Origin: Acidobacteriota bacterium | GTDB lineage: Bacteria; Acidobacteriota; UBA6911 | Direction: 5' to 3' | Length of the DNA stretch: 64,000 bases | NCBI GenBank assembly: GCA_963664705.1 | Contig: OY761556.1 | Coordinates: 2,784,001 to 2,848,000, forward strand | Translations under genes and position numbers: made by a program | Part shown: positions 51,484 to 60,732 of the stretch, piece by piece | Numbering within the stretch: position 1 is the stretch's first letter | How the letters are laid out: every line of letters starts with the position of its first letter | Notes under the pieces: model-generated | What the model was told of the DNA's origin: nothing | The model's database searches: none | The model's input: only the letters and a program-made list of their open reading frames with translations

Positions 51484-53109
51484 TCAGGTTCTGGGATCTT
51501 CCAGATAGTCGCGTTCGCAGTATTCAAACCAATCAAAATCGGCAGGGATCTTTGTCCCGGCCAGGTCCTGACAGCACATCCCAACGAACGCTCCAGTAAA
51601 GTTGGGATTCCCCGGAGGTCCGGCTTCATCCGACAGAATGCTCGCATCAAAAACCGCAGGGATCCACTGCCAATCCCGACCCTGGACTCTATAGGCAAAA
51701 TAGAGTCGTTCAAAGTCCACTTCCACCCGCATTTCGACAGGCCCATCTGCGGGAATCGGAATTGGGGAAGTGAAAACATCCGGCTGCAATTGATCCGGAA
51801 GGCAGGACATGACCCGTATATGCCGGCCATGATACCCATGCGAGATGAAAAGGTAGTGAAACTTGGAGCCATTGTAATAGCAGATCAGTCCCGCCATATG
51901 CTGGAAAGTTGCGGGATCGAATTCAACTACGGTCGACGCACTGAAACAGTGAGCCTGCTGGCGTCTGGCGACCAGGCTCTGCCGGAAGAGGCTGCCCAAG
52001 TACTCCCGCCCGTACAGTCGCAGGTGCCCGGGCCTTTCACTTAGATTAAAAAGCTCCTCGGGCCATGGAGATCGCAGCCACTGGAATTGCAGCGGGAGCT
52101 CCGGTTCATTAAAATCCTCTCGAGATGGCGCCTCCGGAAAAGCAAACTCCGGCAACCCCGGAGCCTCCACTTCCCGATAAGGGATACCTTGGCCATCCAC
52201 GGTTCTCAGCCAGCCATCGTCCCACCATATCATCTTCTGGATGGCCGTTTCGCGACCAAGCGTGCATCGGCCGCGGTTGCGCAGAGGCCTTCCACAAAGA
52301 TGAACCATGTAGGTTTCACCCGCCTGCGTCTCAACCAGGTCTGCATGCCCGGCCCTTTGCAGTTCCAGATCGGGCCTGTTTCTGGAAGTCAGGATATGGA
52401 CATCGGGATGAAGCTCATAGGGTCCCATGAGCTCGCGCGATCGCGCCATGGTAACCGCGTGCCCCCATCCGGTCCCCCCTTCTGCGGTAATGAGATAATA
52501 GTACCCTTCGCGTTTGTAGAGATGCGGTCCCTCGGTAAAACCCAGCGCAGTGCCTTCAAATATTATGTGCGGATTTCCGGCAAGACCTATTCCCGGGCAG
52601 TACTCCTGGATGGCAATTCCAGCAAAACGGTTACAGCCGGGACGAAAGTCCCAAACCATGTTCAGGAGATATTTTCGACCATCCTCTTCATGAAACAGAG
52701 AAGGATCGAAGCCGCTGCTGTTGAGATAAACCGGATCGCTCCAGTCGCCATCGATTCTGGAACTTGTCACGAGGTAGTTATGCATGTCTCTGGGCGCGGC
52801 GCCCGCCACACCCTGCGTTGTCCGGCCGTAGCGCTTCACATCCGTATAGATCAGATAAAAACGCTCCCCGTCATGAGAAAGGCAAGGCGCCCAGATACCG
52901 CAGGAATCGGGATCTCCAAGCATATTCAGCTGGCTGGAGCGCCTCAATGGTCGCGTCAACAGGCGCCAGTGAACCAGGTCCCGCGAATGGTGGATTTGAA
53001 CACCGGGATACCATTCAAAAGTGGAAGTTGCGATGAAGTAATCTTCGCCCAACCGGAGGATGGACGGATCAGGGTTAAATCCAGCCAAAACAGGATTCCC
53101 AATCTTCAT
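51484..53109 (-). CDS. GH43 beta-xylosidase/arabinofuranosidase, no signal peptide
   Basis: NPVLAGFNPDPSI, STFEWYPG, WAP, GFDPSLF, TEGPH, AEGGT, GHAD, LGRET. Start taken at MKIGNP. Confidence 0.93.
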   Translation of the reverse strand: MKIGNPVLAGFNPDPSILRLGEDYFIATSTFEWYPGVQIHHSRDLVHWRLLTRPLRRSSQLNMLGDPDSCGIWAPCLSHDGERFYLIYTDVKRYGRTTQGVAGAAPRDMHNYLVTSSRIDGDWSDPVYLNSSGFDPSLFHEEDGRKYLLNMVWDFRPGCNRFAGIAIQEYCPGIGLAGNPHIIFEGTALGFTEGPHLYKREGYYYLITAEGGTGWGHAVTMARSRELMGPYELHPDVHILTSRNRPDLELQRAGHADLVETQAGETYMVHLCGRPLRNRGRCTLGRETAIQKMIWWDDGWLRTVDGQGIPYREVEAPGLPEFAFPEAPSREDFNEPELPLQFQWLRSPWPEELFNLSERPGHLRLYGREYLGSLFRQSLVARRQQAHCFSASTVVEFDPATFQHMAGLICYYNGSKFHYLFISHGYHGRHIRVMSCLPDQLQPDVFTSPIPIPADGPVEMRVEVDFERLYFAYRVQGRDWQWIPAVFDASILSDEAGPPGNPNFTGAFVGMCCQDLAGTKIPADFDWFEYCERDYLEDPRT

Positions 53110-53158
53110 AATTTCACTCCCATCGGGGTCAGACGCTGAAAAGTCAACATTAACACGT

Positions 53159-54418
53159 TCAGCACCTGACTCCGCTTTCTGCATCACGAACCACGGTCCA
53201 CAACACGATGGCTCCAAGGACATCCAGAATGCCAAGACAAATAAAAAAGGGCGTATAGCCGATCACCAAAACCAGAGCGCCGATCAGAAGCGAAAAAATC
53301 AAAACCCCGGCATTCCCGAATGTGCCGGCCATTCCGGCCACGGTTGCCACCTCGCCTTTTCTGAAGAGATCCGTCGACATGGTAATCACCGTCACAGAGA
53401 GCGTCTGGTGTGCAAACCCTGCAAGACAAAGCAGCGCCACGGCGACGGCAGGACTCTCCGCCGACCCAATGAAGCCCACGCCCAGCATCAGGACTGCGCC
53501 AACGCTAAAGGCACAGCGGCGAGCATTGACAACGCTTAGCCGGCCATACTTCTGACACGCCATACTGATCATGCCACCAAATACGGAGCCAAAATCGGCA
53601 GCAAGGAAGGGCAACCACGCATAGAGACCAATCTGTTTCAGGTCAAAGTGTCTGACGCTGCTCAAATACAGAGGCATCCACATACTGAGAGTGCCCCACG
53701 TGGGATCGGCAAGGAAGCGTGGGATAGCAATACCCCAGAAGTTGCGCTGCCTGGCAATCCCCAAAATGGATGGCCGAATGCCATCGCTTTGCAGCCGGCT
53801 CTCCTGGCCTTCCCTGATATATTTTTTTTCGCTATCCAATAATGCGGAATGCCGCTCCGGAGCCTGGTAGAATAACAGCCACAACAGGACCCAAACCAAA
53901 CCAAGTCCGCCTGTGATTACAAAAGCACTCTGCCAACTGTGAAAGAGAATAGCCCATGTTACCAGGGGTGCCGCCAGCATCGAACCGGCGGATGCCCCTA
54001 TATTATAGAGGCCTCCGGCCAATCCGCGTTCCTTTGCCGGAAACCACTCCGCAGTGGCCTTCATGCCCGCCGGGTTAGCACATCCTTCGCTAAAACCAAG
54101 CAACCCCCGAAGCCAGGCAAAAGCCTGCCAGCTATGCGCAAGGCCATGCGCCATGCTGACCAGCGACCATGCGGTGGCAAACAAGGCAAAGCCCAGCCTG
54201 AGACCGATCACATCCAGGATGTAGCCACAGATGGGCTGCAGCATGATGGCGCCCTGGAAGACACCCACAATCCAGGAATACTGTTTCTCCGTGATGTGCA
54301 GGTCCTGGAGAATTGAGGAAGCCGCAACCGAAAGCGTGCTGCGGGTCAAATAGTTGATGCTGGACCCGAGCATGATCAGTCCGATGATCCACCAGCGAAG
54401 TCCTTTTATCTTTGGCAT
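53159..54418 (-). CDS. MFS transporter, ACS family (ExuT-like)
   Basis: LRWWII, INYL.R, AEWFPAKERG.A.G..N.G, RFLADP.W, W.PLYL. Confidence 0.88.
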   Translation of the reverse strand: MPKIKGLRWWIIGLIMLGSSINYLTRSTLSVAASSILQDLHITEKQYSWIVGVFQGAIMLQPICGYILDVIGLRLGFALFATAWSLVSMAHGLAHSWQAFAWLRGLLGFSEGCANPAGMKATAEWFPAKERGLAGGLYNIGASAGSMLAAPLVTWAILFHSWQSAFVITGGLGLVWVLLWLLFYQAPERHSALLDSEKKYIREGQESRLQSDGIRPSILGIARQRNFWGIAIPRFLADPTWGTLSMWMPLYLSSVRHFDLKQIGLYAWLPFLAADFGSVFGGMISMACQKYGRLSVVNARRCAFSVGAVLMLGVGFIGSAESPAVAVALLCLAGFAHQTLSVTVITMSTDLFRKGEVATVAGMAGTFGNAGVLIFSLLIGALVLVIGYTPFFICLGILDVLGAIVLWTVVRDAESGVRC

Positions 54419-54475
54419 AGGCTTAAAAGATTAAGCGCGTGCTCGATGGTCCCTGATTACGAAAATGCAGCCTCG

Positions 54476-55216
54476 CTACCACGCCGTCAGCCCGCCATCC
54501 ACAGGAAATGAGATGCCGTTGACAAACACCGCCTCATCGCTTGCAAGATAAACGAAAGCCCTGGCCACATCCATGGTTGCTGCAATTCGGCCAAGAGGAA
54601 TCTCGCCGAATCGTTCGGCGCGACGCTCCGGATCCTGGAGCACCGCTTGAACAAATGGTGTATCAACGGTGCTGGGATGGATGGAATTGCATCGGATGTT
54701 GTATTTGGCGTACCGCGTTGCAATGGATTTGGTTAGCAGGGTTAAGGCTCCCTTTGTTGCCGTATAGGCCTCATTGGTGTATTTGTGACCAACCAATCCG
54801 CATATAGAGGACATGTTGAGAATGGCGCCGCCGCCGGAGGCCCGCATCACAGGCAATACATGCTTGATGCCGAGGAATGGCCCCTTCACATTGACGGCAA
54901 GCATCGCATCAAAGGATTCTGCAGGCATTTCCTCGATGTCCTTCCGGATATTGATCCCGGCATTATTGACCAGGACATCCAGCCGGCCGGACTTCGAGAC
55001 CACAGCCTCCACCGCAGCCTTCCAGCTTTCCTCAGAGGTAACATCCAGCCGGAGAAACGTGGCGCGATTCAACTGAGAGGCAGTCTTCATCCCCTCCGGC
55101 TCATTGATATCCGCCACAAAAACCAATGCGCCCTCAGCATCGAAATTCCTGGCAATCTCCGCACCTAATCCCTGGGCACCGCCGGTGATCAACGCAACCT
55201 TATCCCTTAAACGCAT
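54476..55216 (-). CDS. Short-chain dehydrogenase/reductase
   Basis: TGGAQGLG, NNAG, SS, YTATK (YxxxK), VDGG. Confidence 0.93.
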   Translation of the reverse strand: MRLRDKVALITGGAQGLGAEIARNFDAEGALVFVADINEPEGMKTASQLNRATFLRLDVTSEESWKAAVEAVVSKSGRLDVLVNNAGINIRKDIEEMPAESFDAMLAVNVKGPFLGIKHVLPVMRASGGGAILNMSSICGLVGHKYTNEAYTATKGALTLLTKSIATRYAKYNIRCNSIHPSTVDTPFVQAVLQDPERRAERFGEIPLGRIAATMDVARAFVYLASDEAVFVNGISFPVDGGLTAW

Positions 55217-55241
55217 CTCTCCCCCTTGCCGCCTGCCGCTC

Positions 55242-56168
55242 CTACACGATTTGCCGGATGGCCGCCGCGATGTGACCCGGAGTCAATCCGTAGATCTCGG
55301 TCAAATCCTCATAGCTATGCGCCGATTGGCCGAACCTGTCATTGATGCCAATACATCGGAACGGCAGGGATTGTCCCTGCAAAACCTCCCGGATCAGGCT
55401 GGCAAGTCCGCCGATAAGCGAGTGTTCCTCCGCTGTCACAACGCCTTTCATCCCGTGGAACAATGCGGCAATCGATGCTTTGTTTGCCGGCTTGATGGAG
55501 CTGACATTGACCACTCGAAGGGAAATCCCTTCGGACTCCAGCATTTCCGCCGCGATGATTGCAGAACTAACCATCTGGCCGTTCGCATAAACAACAATAT
55601 CGCGCCCATGTCGAATCAAATGCGGTTTACCCGCGACAAAAGGCTCGTTCTCAGGCATCACATCGGGCACATCATGGCGCGGCAGACGCATGTAAACCGG
55701 CCCGCTGTATCGGGCCATCGCCCGCGTCATCATCCGCGTTTCATTCCCGTCGGCCGGCACAAGCACCGTCATGTTGGGAATAGCCCGCATGATTGCCACA
55801 TCTTCAACCGACTGATGCGTGGAGCCGTCGCCAAAATCGGATAGTCCGCAACTGGAACCGATAATCCGGACATTCAGCCCCGGGATACATATTCCCTGCC
55901 GGATCTGATCAAAAGCACGCCCCGCTGCAAACACCGCAAAGGAATTTGTGAATGGTACTTTCCCGGTTAGGGAGAGTCCCGCGGCAAACGATGTCATGTT
56001 TGCTTCGGCAATACCCATCTCGAAGAAACGTTCGGGGAATTCCTGCTCAAAGTAGCAGGACATGGTTGATTTGCCCAGGTCAGCCTCCAATACGACGATG
56101 CTCGCATCTTCGCGTCCGATCTCAACCAGTGTTCTGCCATAAACTTCTCGTGGGTTTTGCATCCTCAT
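55242..56168 (-). CDS. Transketolase C-terminal subunit (split transketolase)
   Basis: EMGIAEANM, RAFDQIR, DGSTHQS.ED, PVYMRL, EEH...GGL. Confidence 0.92.
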   Translation of the reverse strand: MRMQNPREVYGRTLVEIGREDASIVVLEADLGKSTMSCYFEQEFPERFFEMGIAEANMTSFAAGLSLTGKVPFTNSFAVFAAGRAFDQIRQGICIPGLNVRIIGSSCGLSDFGDGSTHQSVEDVAIMRAIPNMTVLVPADGNETRMMTRAMARYSGPVYMRLPRHDVPDVMPENEPFVAGKPHLIRHGRDIVVYANGQMVSSAIIAAEMLESEGISLRVVNVSSIKPANKASIAALFHGMKGVVTAEEHSLIGGLASLIREVLQGQSLPFRCIGINDRFGQSAHSYEDLTEIYGLTPGHIAAAIRQIV

Positions 56169-57010
56169 CAGTCCCCACTCCTTTCATCCACCGGTTCGGC
56201 CGACAGACTGGCACAGGCGCTTTCATATTGAGCCTGATCCAGCAGCCCGTTGTGGAACTCCACACGGTTCTCCGCAAAAGAAACTCCAGCCCCCTTAACC
56301 GTCCGGGCAATGATCATTTTGGGCCGCTTCCGGACTTCGTCGGCCGCATCCAAAGCCGAAACAATCTGGCCCATGTCATGCCCGTTTATTTCCGTCACAT
56401 GCCAGCCGAATGCACGCCATTTATCCGCCATGGGGTTTGTATCGAATCGCTGCACAATCGATCCCATGGCTTGAAGACCGTTACAGTCGAGAATAGCAAC
56501 CAGGTTTTCCAGTTTGAATGCGGAAGCAGCCATGGCCGCCTCCCAGATCTGTCCTTCGGCCATTTCTCCATCGCCGACAATGCAGTACACGCGACTGTTT
56601 CGCCCATCGATTCGAAGCCCCGCCGCCATACCACAGGCGATGGATAAGCCTTGCCCAAGCGAGCCGGTATTGGCTTCTACGCCCGGAGTGGATTTGAGAT
56701 CAGGATGACCCTGTAGCACGGCTCCGCAGCGTTTCACATCTGCCAGTTCCCTTTTGGGAAAATATCCACACTCCGCCAACGCGGCATACTGAACAAGGGC
56801 CGCATGCCCCTTGCTCAATAAGAAGCGGTCCCGGTCCGGCCATTGCGGATTTGCGGGATCATGACGCATTTTGTAAAAGTAGAGCGCCGTCACAACATCC
56901 GCGATGGAACAAGAGCCGCCTATATGTCCTCTTTGTCCGACTCCCACCATTTTTACAATATCCAGACGGATGGTTCGCGCCATGCGTTCCAGGCTTTGTA
57001 TGTCGGTCAC
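56168..57010 (-). CDS. Transketolase N-terminal (TPP-binding) subunit
   Basis: GHIGGS.S, DRFLLSKGH, LQGHP, TGSLGQG, GDGE..EG..WE...D.N. TGATG overlap with the next gene. Confidence 0.93.
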   Translation of the reverse strand: MTDIQSLERMARTIRLDIVKMVGVGQRGHIGGSCSIADVVTALYFYKMRHDPANPQWPDRDRFLLSKGHAALVQYAALAECGYFPKRELADVKRCGAVLQGHPDLKSTPGVEANTGSLGQGLSIACGMAAGLRIDGRNSRVYCIVGDGEMAEGQIWEAAMAASAFKLENLVAILDCNGLQAMGSIVQRFDTNPMADKWRAFGWHVTEINGHDMGQIVSALDAADEVRKRPKMIIARTVKGAGVSFAENRVEFHNGLLDQAQYESACASLSAEPVDERSGD

Positions 57011-57176
57011 GCCCGCTGCTCCTTTCGATTTTCAGACGAATGGCCGAGATGATATCACAAGGAAAAATCAGGGCATCCATCAAAATCCCTACACCAGGCA
57101 CTGCTCTTTGGTAGGATTTGCCCTGGAATGGTGCAATCGGGATCCCTGGGATCCCCTTTTTTAGAAAGCTGGCAAT

Positions 57177-57839
57177 ATGAAGGAAAAAGTTGTGGTTGGA
57201 TGGAGCGGAGGAAAAGACTCCGCCATGGCTTTGTATGAAATCAAGAAGAGCCGCGAGATCGAGATTTCCGCTTTGCTAACTACGGTGACCGAGGGTTACG
57301 AAAGAATCAGTATGCACGGCGTCCGCCGGAACCTTTTGGTCCAACAAGCCAAATCACTCGGCTATGTTTTGGATGAGATCCTCATTCCCCAGACCTGCTC
57401 AAACGAAATCTACGAAGAACGGATGAGGACTGCGCTCGAAAGATATCGGCAGGATGGAATAACGTCCGCCGTTTTTGGTGACCTCTTTCTTCAGGAAATC
57501 CGGGAATACCGCGAAGAACGCATGCGCCGCATTGGAATGAAATGCCTATTCCCCGTCTGGGACCGCCCCACGCCGGAATTTGCGCGGGAGTTTATCGATC
57601 TGGGTTTTCGCGCAATTATCGTATGCGTAGATACGCAGGCAATCGGCAGCGAGTTTGCCGGCCGAGAGTACGACCACGATTTTCTGAAAGATCTACCTCG
57701 CAGCGCGGATCCGTGCGGCGAAAATGGGGAGTTCCATACGTTTGTGTATGACGGTCCGATTTTTAACGAACCGGTTTCGGTGAATCGCGGTGAAAAAATT
57801 CTGCGCAATGATCGCTTCTACTATTGCGACCTCTCCTGA
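57177..57839 (+). CDS. PP-loop ATP pyrophosphatase (diphthamide synthase/MJ0570-like family)
   Basis: WSGGKDS, RISMHGVR, FGDLFL, DPCGENGEFHTFV.DGP. Confidence 0.9.
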   Translation: MKEKVVVGWSGGKDSAMALYEIKKSREIEISALLTTVTEGYERISMHGVRRNLLVQQAKSLGYVLDEILIPQTCSNEIYEERMRTALERYRQDGITSAVFGDLFLQEIREYREERMRRIGMKCLFPVWDRPTPEFAREFIDLGFRAIIVCVDTQAIGSEFAGREYDHDFLKDLPRSADPCGENGEFHTFVYDGPIFNEPVSVNRGEKILRNDRFYYCDLS

Positions 57840-57878
57840 ACACGTCGAATCGGGGCCAGTCCTCGGAATGTCAAAATT

Positions 57879-58451
57879 TCAGGGGCTGACTCCGGTATTT
57901 TGTTTATTGAACAGGATCAGGCCAACGTAGGTAACGGAGTTATTGCCGTTGTAATAGGGCAAGCCCGCGCTTTTTTCCAGGGCAATGACATTCATTCCAT
58001 AAGCCTCCACAGAGGAGACCGCCTGATCGGGAAAACGGCAGGGTTGATTATCCAAATAGGCACACTTTTCGCATACGCTGCAGCATCCCGCATTCAAAGG
58101 CAACAGTTCTTCCGATGGATAGGCACTCCTTATTCCCGCCATAAGCGTGCGGAAAACCGTTTCGTGCACTTTGGCTGCCGCGAGCATCCCTTTCATATCA
58201 AAGTTGCTTTTGATCTCATGCACCGATTGAAAAAGCAGCCCCTTTTGATAGCTCCGCGCCCGGCGCTCCAGCTCGCTGATCGGGCCGATTGCCGGCGGCC
58301 CCATCCAGTTCGTGTCATACTTCCGGCAGAAATTCTTTTCGCAAGCCTTCCTGAAATCCTCGTGAAACTGAATGGTCGAAGTATCCAGGATTGCGGCATC
58401 AGAAGCCTTCGACTCCCGTGCTATCTTGACAAGCTCATCGCCATCGATCAT
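57879..58451 (-). CDS. DUF2284-like metal-binding protein
   Basis: FRKACEKNFC..Y..NW..PP, AGCCSVCEKC, CRFP....SVEAYG. Confidence 0.85.
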   Translation of the reverse strand: MIDGDELVKIARESKASDAAILDTSTIQFHEDFRKACEKNFCRKYDTNWMGPPAIGPISELERRARSYQKGLLFQSVHEIKSNFDMKGMLAAAKVHETVFRTLMAGIRSAYPSEELLPLNAGCCSVCEKCAYLDNQPCRFPDQAVSSVEAYGMNVIALEKSAGLPYYNGNNSVTYVGLILFNKQNTGVSP

Positions 58452-58540
58452 AGCTTTTCATTGTGACATATCTTCCATGCGATCTCTATCGCCGAAAACC
58501 CGCCTCCATGATATAAATCCGCATTCAGGAGGACACCCAG

Positions 58541-59332
58541 ATGAATGCCAGACATGTGATCTGTTTGTTGTTTGCGTTAACGCTCTCGCTCCCACTGTTC
58601 TTATCCCCCACCGCCTTTGCCCAGCTTCCGCCATTCAATGCAAGCGGTGTCACGATGGGCCACGTACATTTGCTTGTGCCGGATCCTGCGGTCCACACAA
58701 AGCTTTGGGTGGACCTGTTCGGCGCACAAATCGGACACGCCGGTCCCCTGGAGCTGGTCAAGATTCCGGGAATTGTTGTCCTGATCAACAAAACGCAGCC
58801 GGGGGCTATTCCGGGAGAGCCAACATTCGATCATTTTGCGCTCGTGGTCAAAGATCTCGCTGCGATCCGACAGAAATGCGCAGCCGCCAACATTCAAATC
58901 CCCGAGGGAAAAGCCCTCGCCGCATTTCCCGATGGAATAAAGATAGAATTTATCGAGGATAAGAATCTCGCGGTTCCGGTTGCTTTCCATCACTTCCATC
59001 TTTTTGTGAACGATGCGGAGGCTATTCGAAACTGGTATATGAAAACGTTTGGCGGAGTGGATTTCCCTGCAGGCGCAAACTTTCCAGGCGGCAAAATTCT
59101 TGTCACCGCTCAATCGACGCCCGCGCGTGTCCCGTCTAAAGGCCACCCGTTAGACCACATCAGCTTTGACGTAAAAGATCTTCAGGAATTCTGCAAGAAG
59201 CTCGAAGCGCAGGGAACAAAACTGGATATGCAGATTATCGATGCCACGAAAACGATTGGTCTGAAGGTTACCTTTGTCACCGATCCGGCGGGCACTCGTA
59301 TCGAGCTGACAGAAGGACTTGCGGGAAAATAA
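58541..59332 (+). CDS. Secreted VOC/glyoxalase-fold protein
   Basis: AGGAGG SD, signal peptide, MGHVHL, DHFAL, FHHFHL, DHISF.V, DPAGTRIELTE. Confidence 0.82.
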   Translation: MNARHVICLLFALTLSLPLFLSPTAFAQLPPFNASGVTMGHVHLLVPDPAVHTKLWVDLFGAQIGHAGPLELVKIPGIVVLINKTQPGAIPGEPTFDHFALVVKDLAAIRQKCAAANIQIPEGKALAAFPDGIKIEFIEDKNLAVPVAFHHFHLFVNDAEAIRNWYMKTFGGVDFPAGANFPGGKILVTAQSTPARVPSKGHPLDHISFDVKDLQEFCKKLEAQGTKLDMQIIDATKTIGLKVTFVTDPAGTRIELTEGLAGK

Positions 59333-59349
59333 TCCCTTCTTTTGCAATT

Positions 59350-59394
59350 CGCGAAATTCGTGGCGGTTTCCTGCATTCCGCCACGAATTTCACG
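59350..59394. repeat. REP-like palindrome between convergent genes
   Basis: cgcgaaattcgtggcgg / ccgccacgaatttcacg. Confidence 0.85.
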
Positions 59395-59406
59395 CCATCC
59401 CGGCGG

Positions 59407-60714
59407 CTATTCCGCCAGACTTCGGCGGATATCTTCCTTCACATATCGCCCGGCCCAGAGGAAAAAGATGGAGCCCAGCATGCTTAACGCCGGGACGCAA
59501 AGCAACGAATAGCGAATAGCCATCGCGCCATAAGTCGGCTTCAGGTAGTCATTGATCGCTCCAATAATCAGCGGTCCGCCGCCGGATCCGACCAGAGTCC
59601 CGACCATAAACAACGTGGCCGCGGCAAAAGCCCTCATCCGCACTTTGACCACGCTTTGCACCAATCCAAGAATGGGCCCCATGCGAAACACCATGAGGAT
59701 CATGGCAAAGAACACCGCCACATAGGTCCAGGGCATTGGCGCAAACAAAAAGGCCAACAGCACCGGCCCGGCGAACAGAGAAGTCAGGCCGGGACCGATA
59801 ATTTTCCATCGATCATCCTTTTTGCCCAATTGCGCGATCACAGCTCCGCCGAGAAGGACGCCGGCAATGCCCGCAATGGAATTCAGAGTCCCTCCGAAAG
59901 TGCCGGCTTCAAGCATGGAGACATGGTGGACGCGTTCCATATAGGTTACAAACCATGTACTCAAAGCAAGATCAGCGGAACCGGTAAAGGTAAACCCGAC
60001 AACCATGAGGAAATACGTTTTGTTTTCAACAAAAAACCGCAGAGTCTCACCAACGCCGTAATTCCTGGTGTCCGCATTCTTTCCATCCTGAATACCGCGC
60101 GGAGGCTCCTTAATAGTAAAAAACAGAAGCGCCGCGATGATAAACCCGGGAATTGCCACAACGGTGAATGCTCCGCGCCATCCCAGCGCGGTTCCAACCA
60201 GCCCTCCAATCAATGCAGCCACCAGTCCGCCGACACAGGGCGCAGTCGACATGATAGCCATTGCCATTGGAAGTTTGTTTTTGGGGAAGTAATCGGCAAC
60301 CAGTGAATTCCCGGGTGCCGGAGAAACGGCGCCACCGATGCTGAATCCGACTCTCGCCAGAATAAGCTGAATAATGGATTGGGCCAGTCCACCCAGGATT
60401 GTCACAGCACTCCAGAAGGTAACTCCAATGGCAATCAGCGAGACTCTTCCCTTGCGGTCCGCAATGCGAGCTACCGGCAGAGACAAAATCGAACCGAAAA
60501 GGACGACTGCCAGTCCTGTTACGATTCCCATCATGGTATCGCTTGCCTGGAATTCCGTTCGGATACGCTCAAGGACAATGTTGATAATCTGAATATTTGC
60601 AAACTGCAGGCCCCACACAAGCGTCAGCAAAACAAGTGCATAATAAGCCTTGGTGAGCGAAACTGGGGCAGCGGCTTCTTTACTCTGCTGTTGGACCGCA
60701 ACGGACTGCTTCAT
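59407..60714 (-). CDS. MFS transporter, spinster-like
   Basis: ARIADRKGR, SLVADYFP, LGWR.AF....PG, KEPPRG. About 12 TM segments. Confidence 0.88.
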   Translation of the reverse strand: MKQSVAVQQQSKEAAAPVSLTKAYYALVLLTLVWGLQFANIQIINIVLERIRTEFQASDTMMGIVTGLAVVLFGSILSLPVARIADRKGRVSLIAIGVTFWSAVTILGGLAQSIIQLILARVGFSIGGAVSPAPGNSLVADYFPKNKLPMAMAIMSTAPCVGGLVAALIGGLVGTALGWRGAFTVVAIPGFIIAALLFFTIKEPPRGIQDGKNADTRNYGVGETLRFFVENKTYFLMVVGFTFTGSADLALSTWFVTYMERVHHVSMLEAGTFGGTLNSIAGIAGVLLGGAVIAQLGKKDDRWKIIGPGLTSLFAGPVLLAFLFAPMPWTYVAVFFAMILMVFRMGPILGLVQSVVKVRMRAFAAATLFMVGTLVGSGGGPLIIGAINDYLKPTYGAMAIRYSLLCVPALSMLGSIFFLWAGRYVKEDIRRSLAE

Positions 60715-60732
60715 TCATTCCTCCGGGCAAGT

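Noticed and set aside
57177-57839. Diphthamide-type modification of the nearby EF-G paralogue
   Set aside because: Bacterial members of this PP-loop family are widespread, no dph2/dph5 genes are present, the genes are 20 kb apart, and the EF-G domain IV tip is degenerate.
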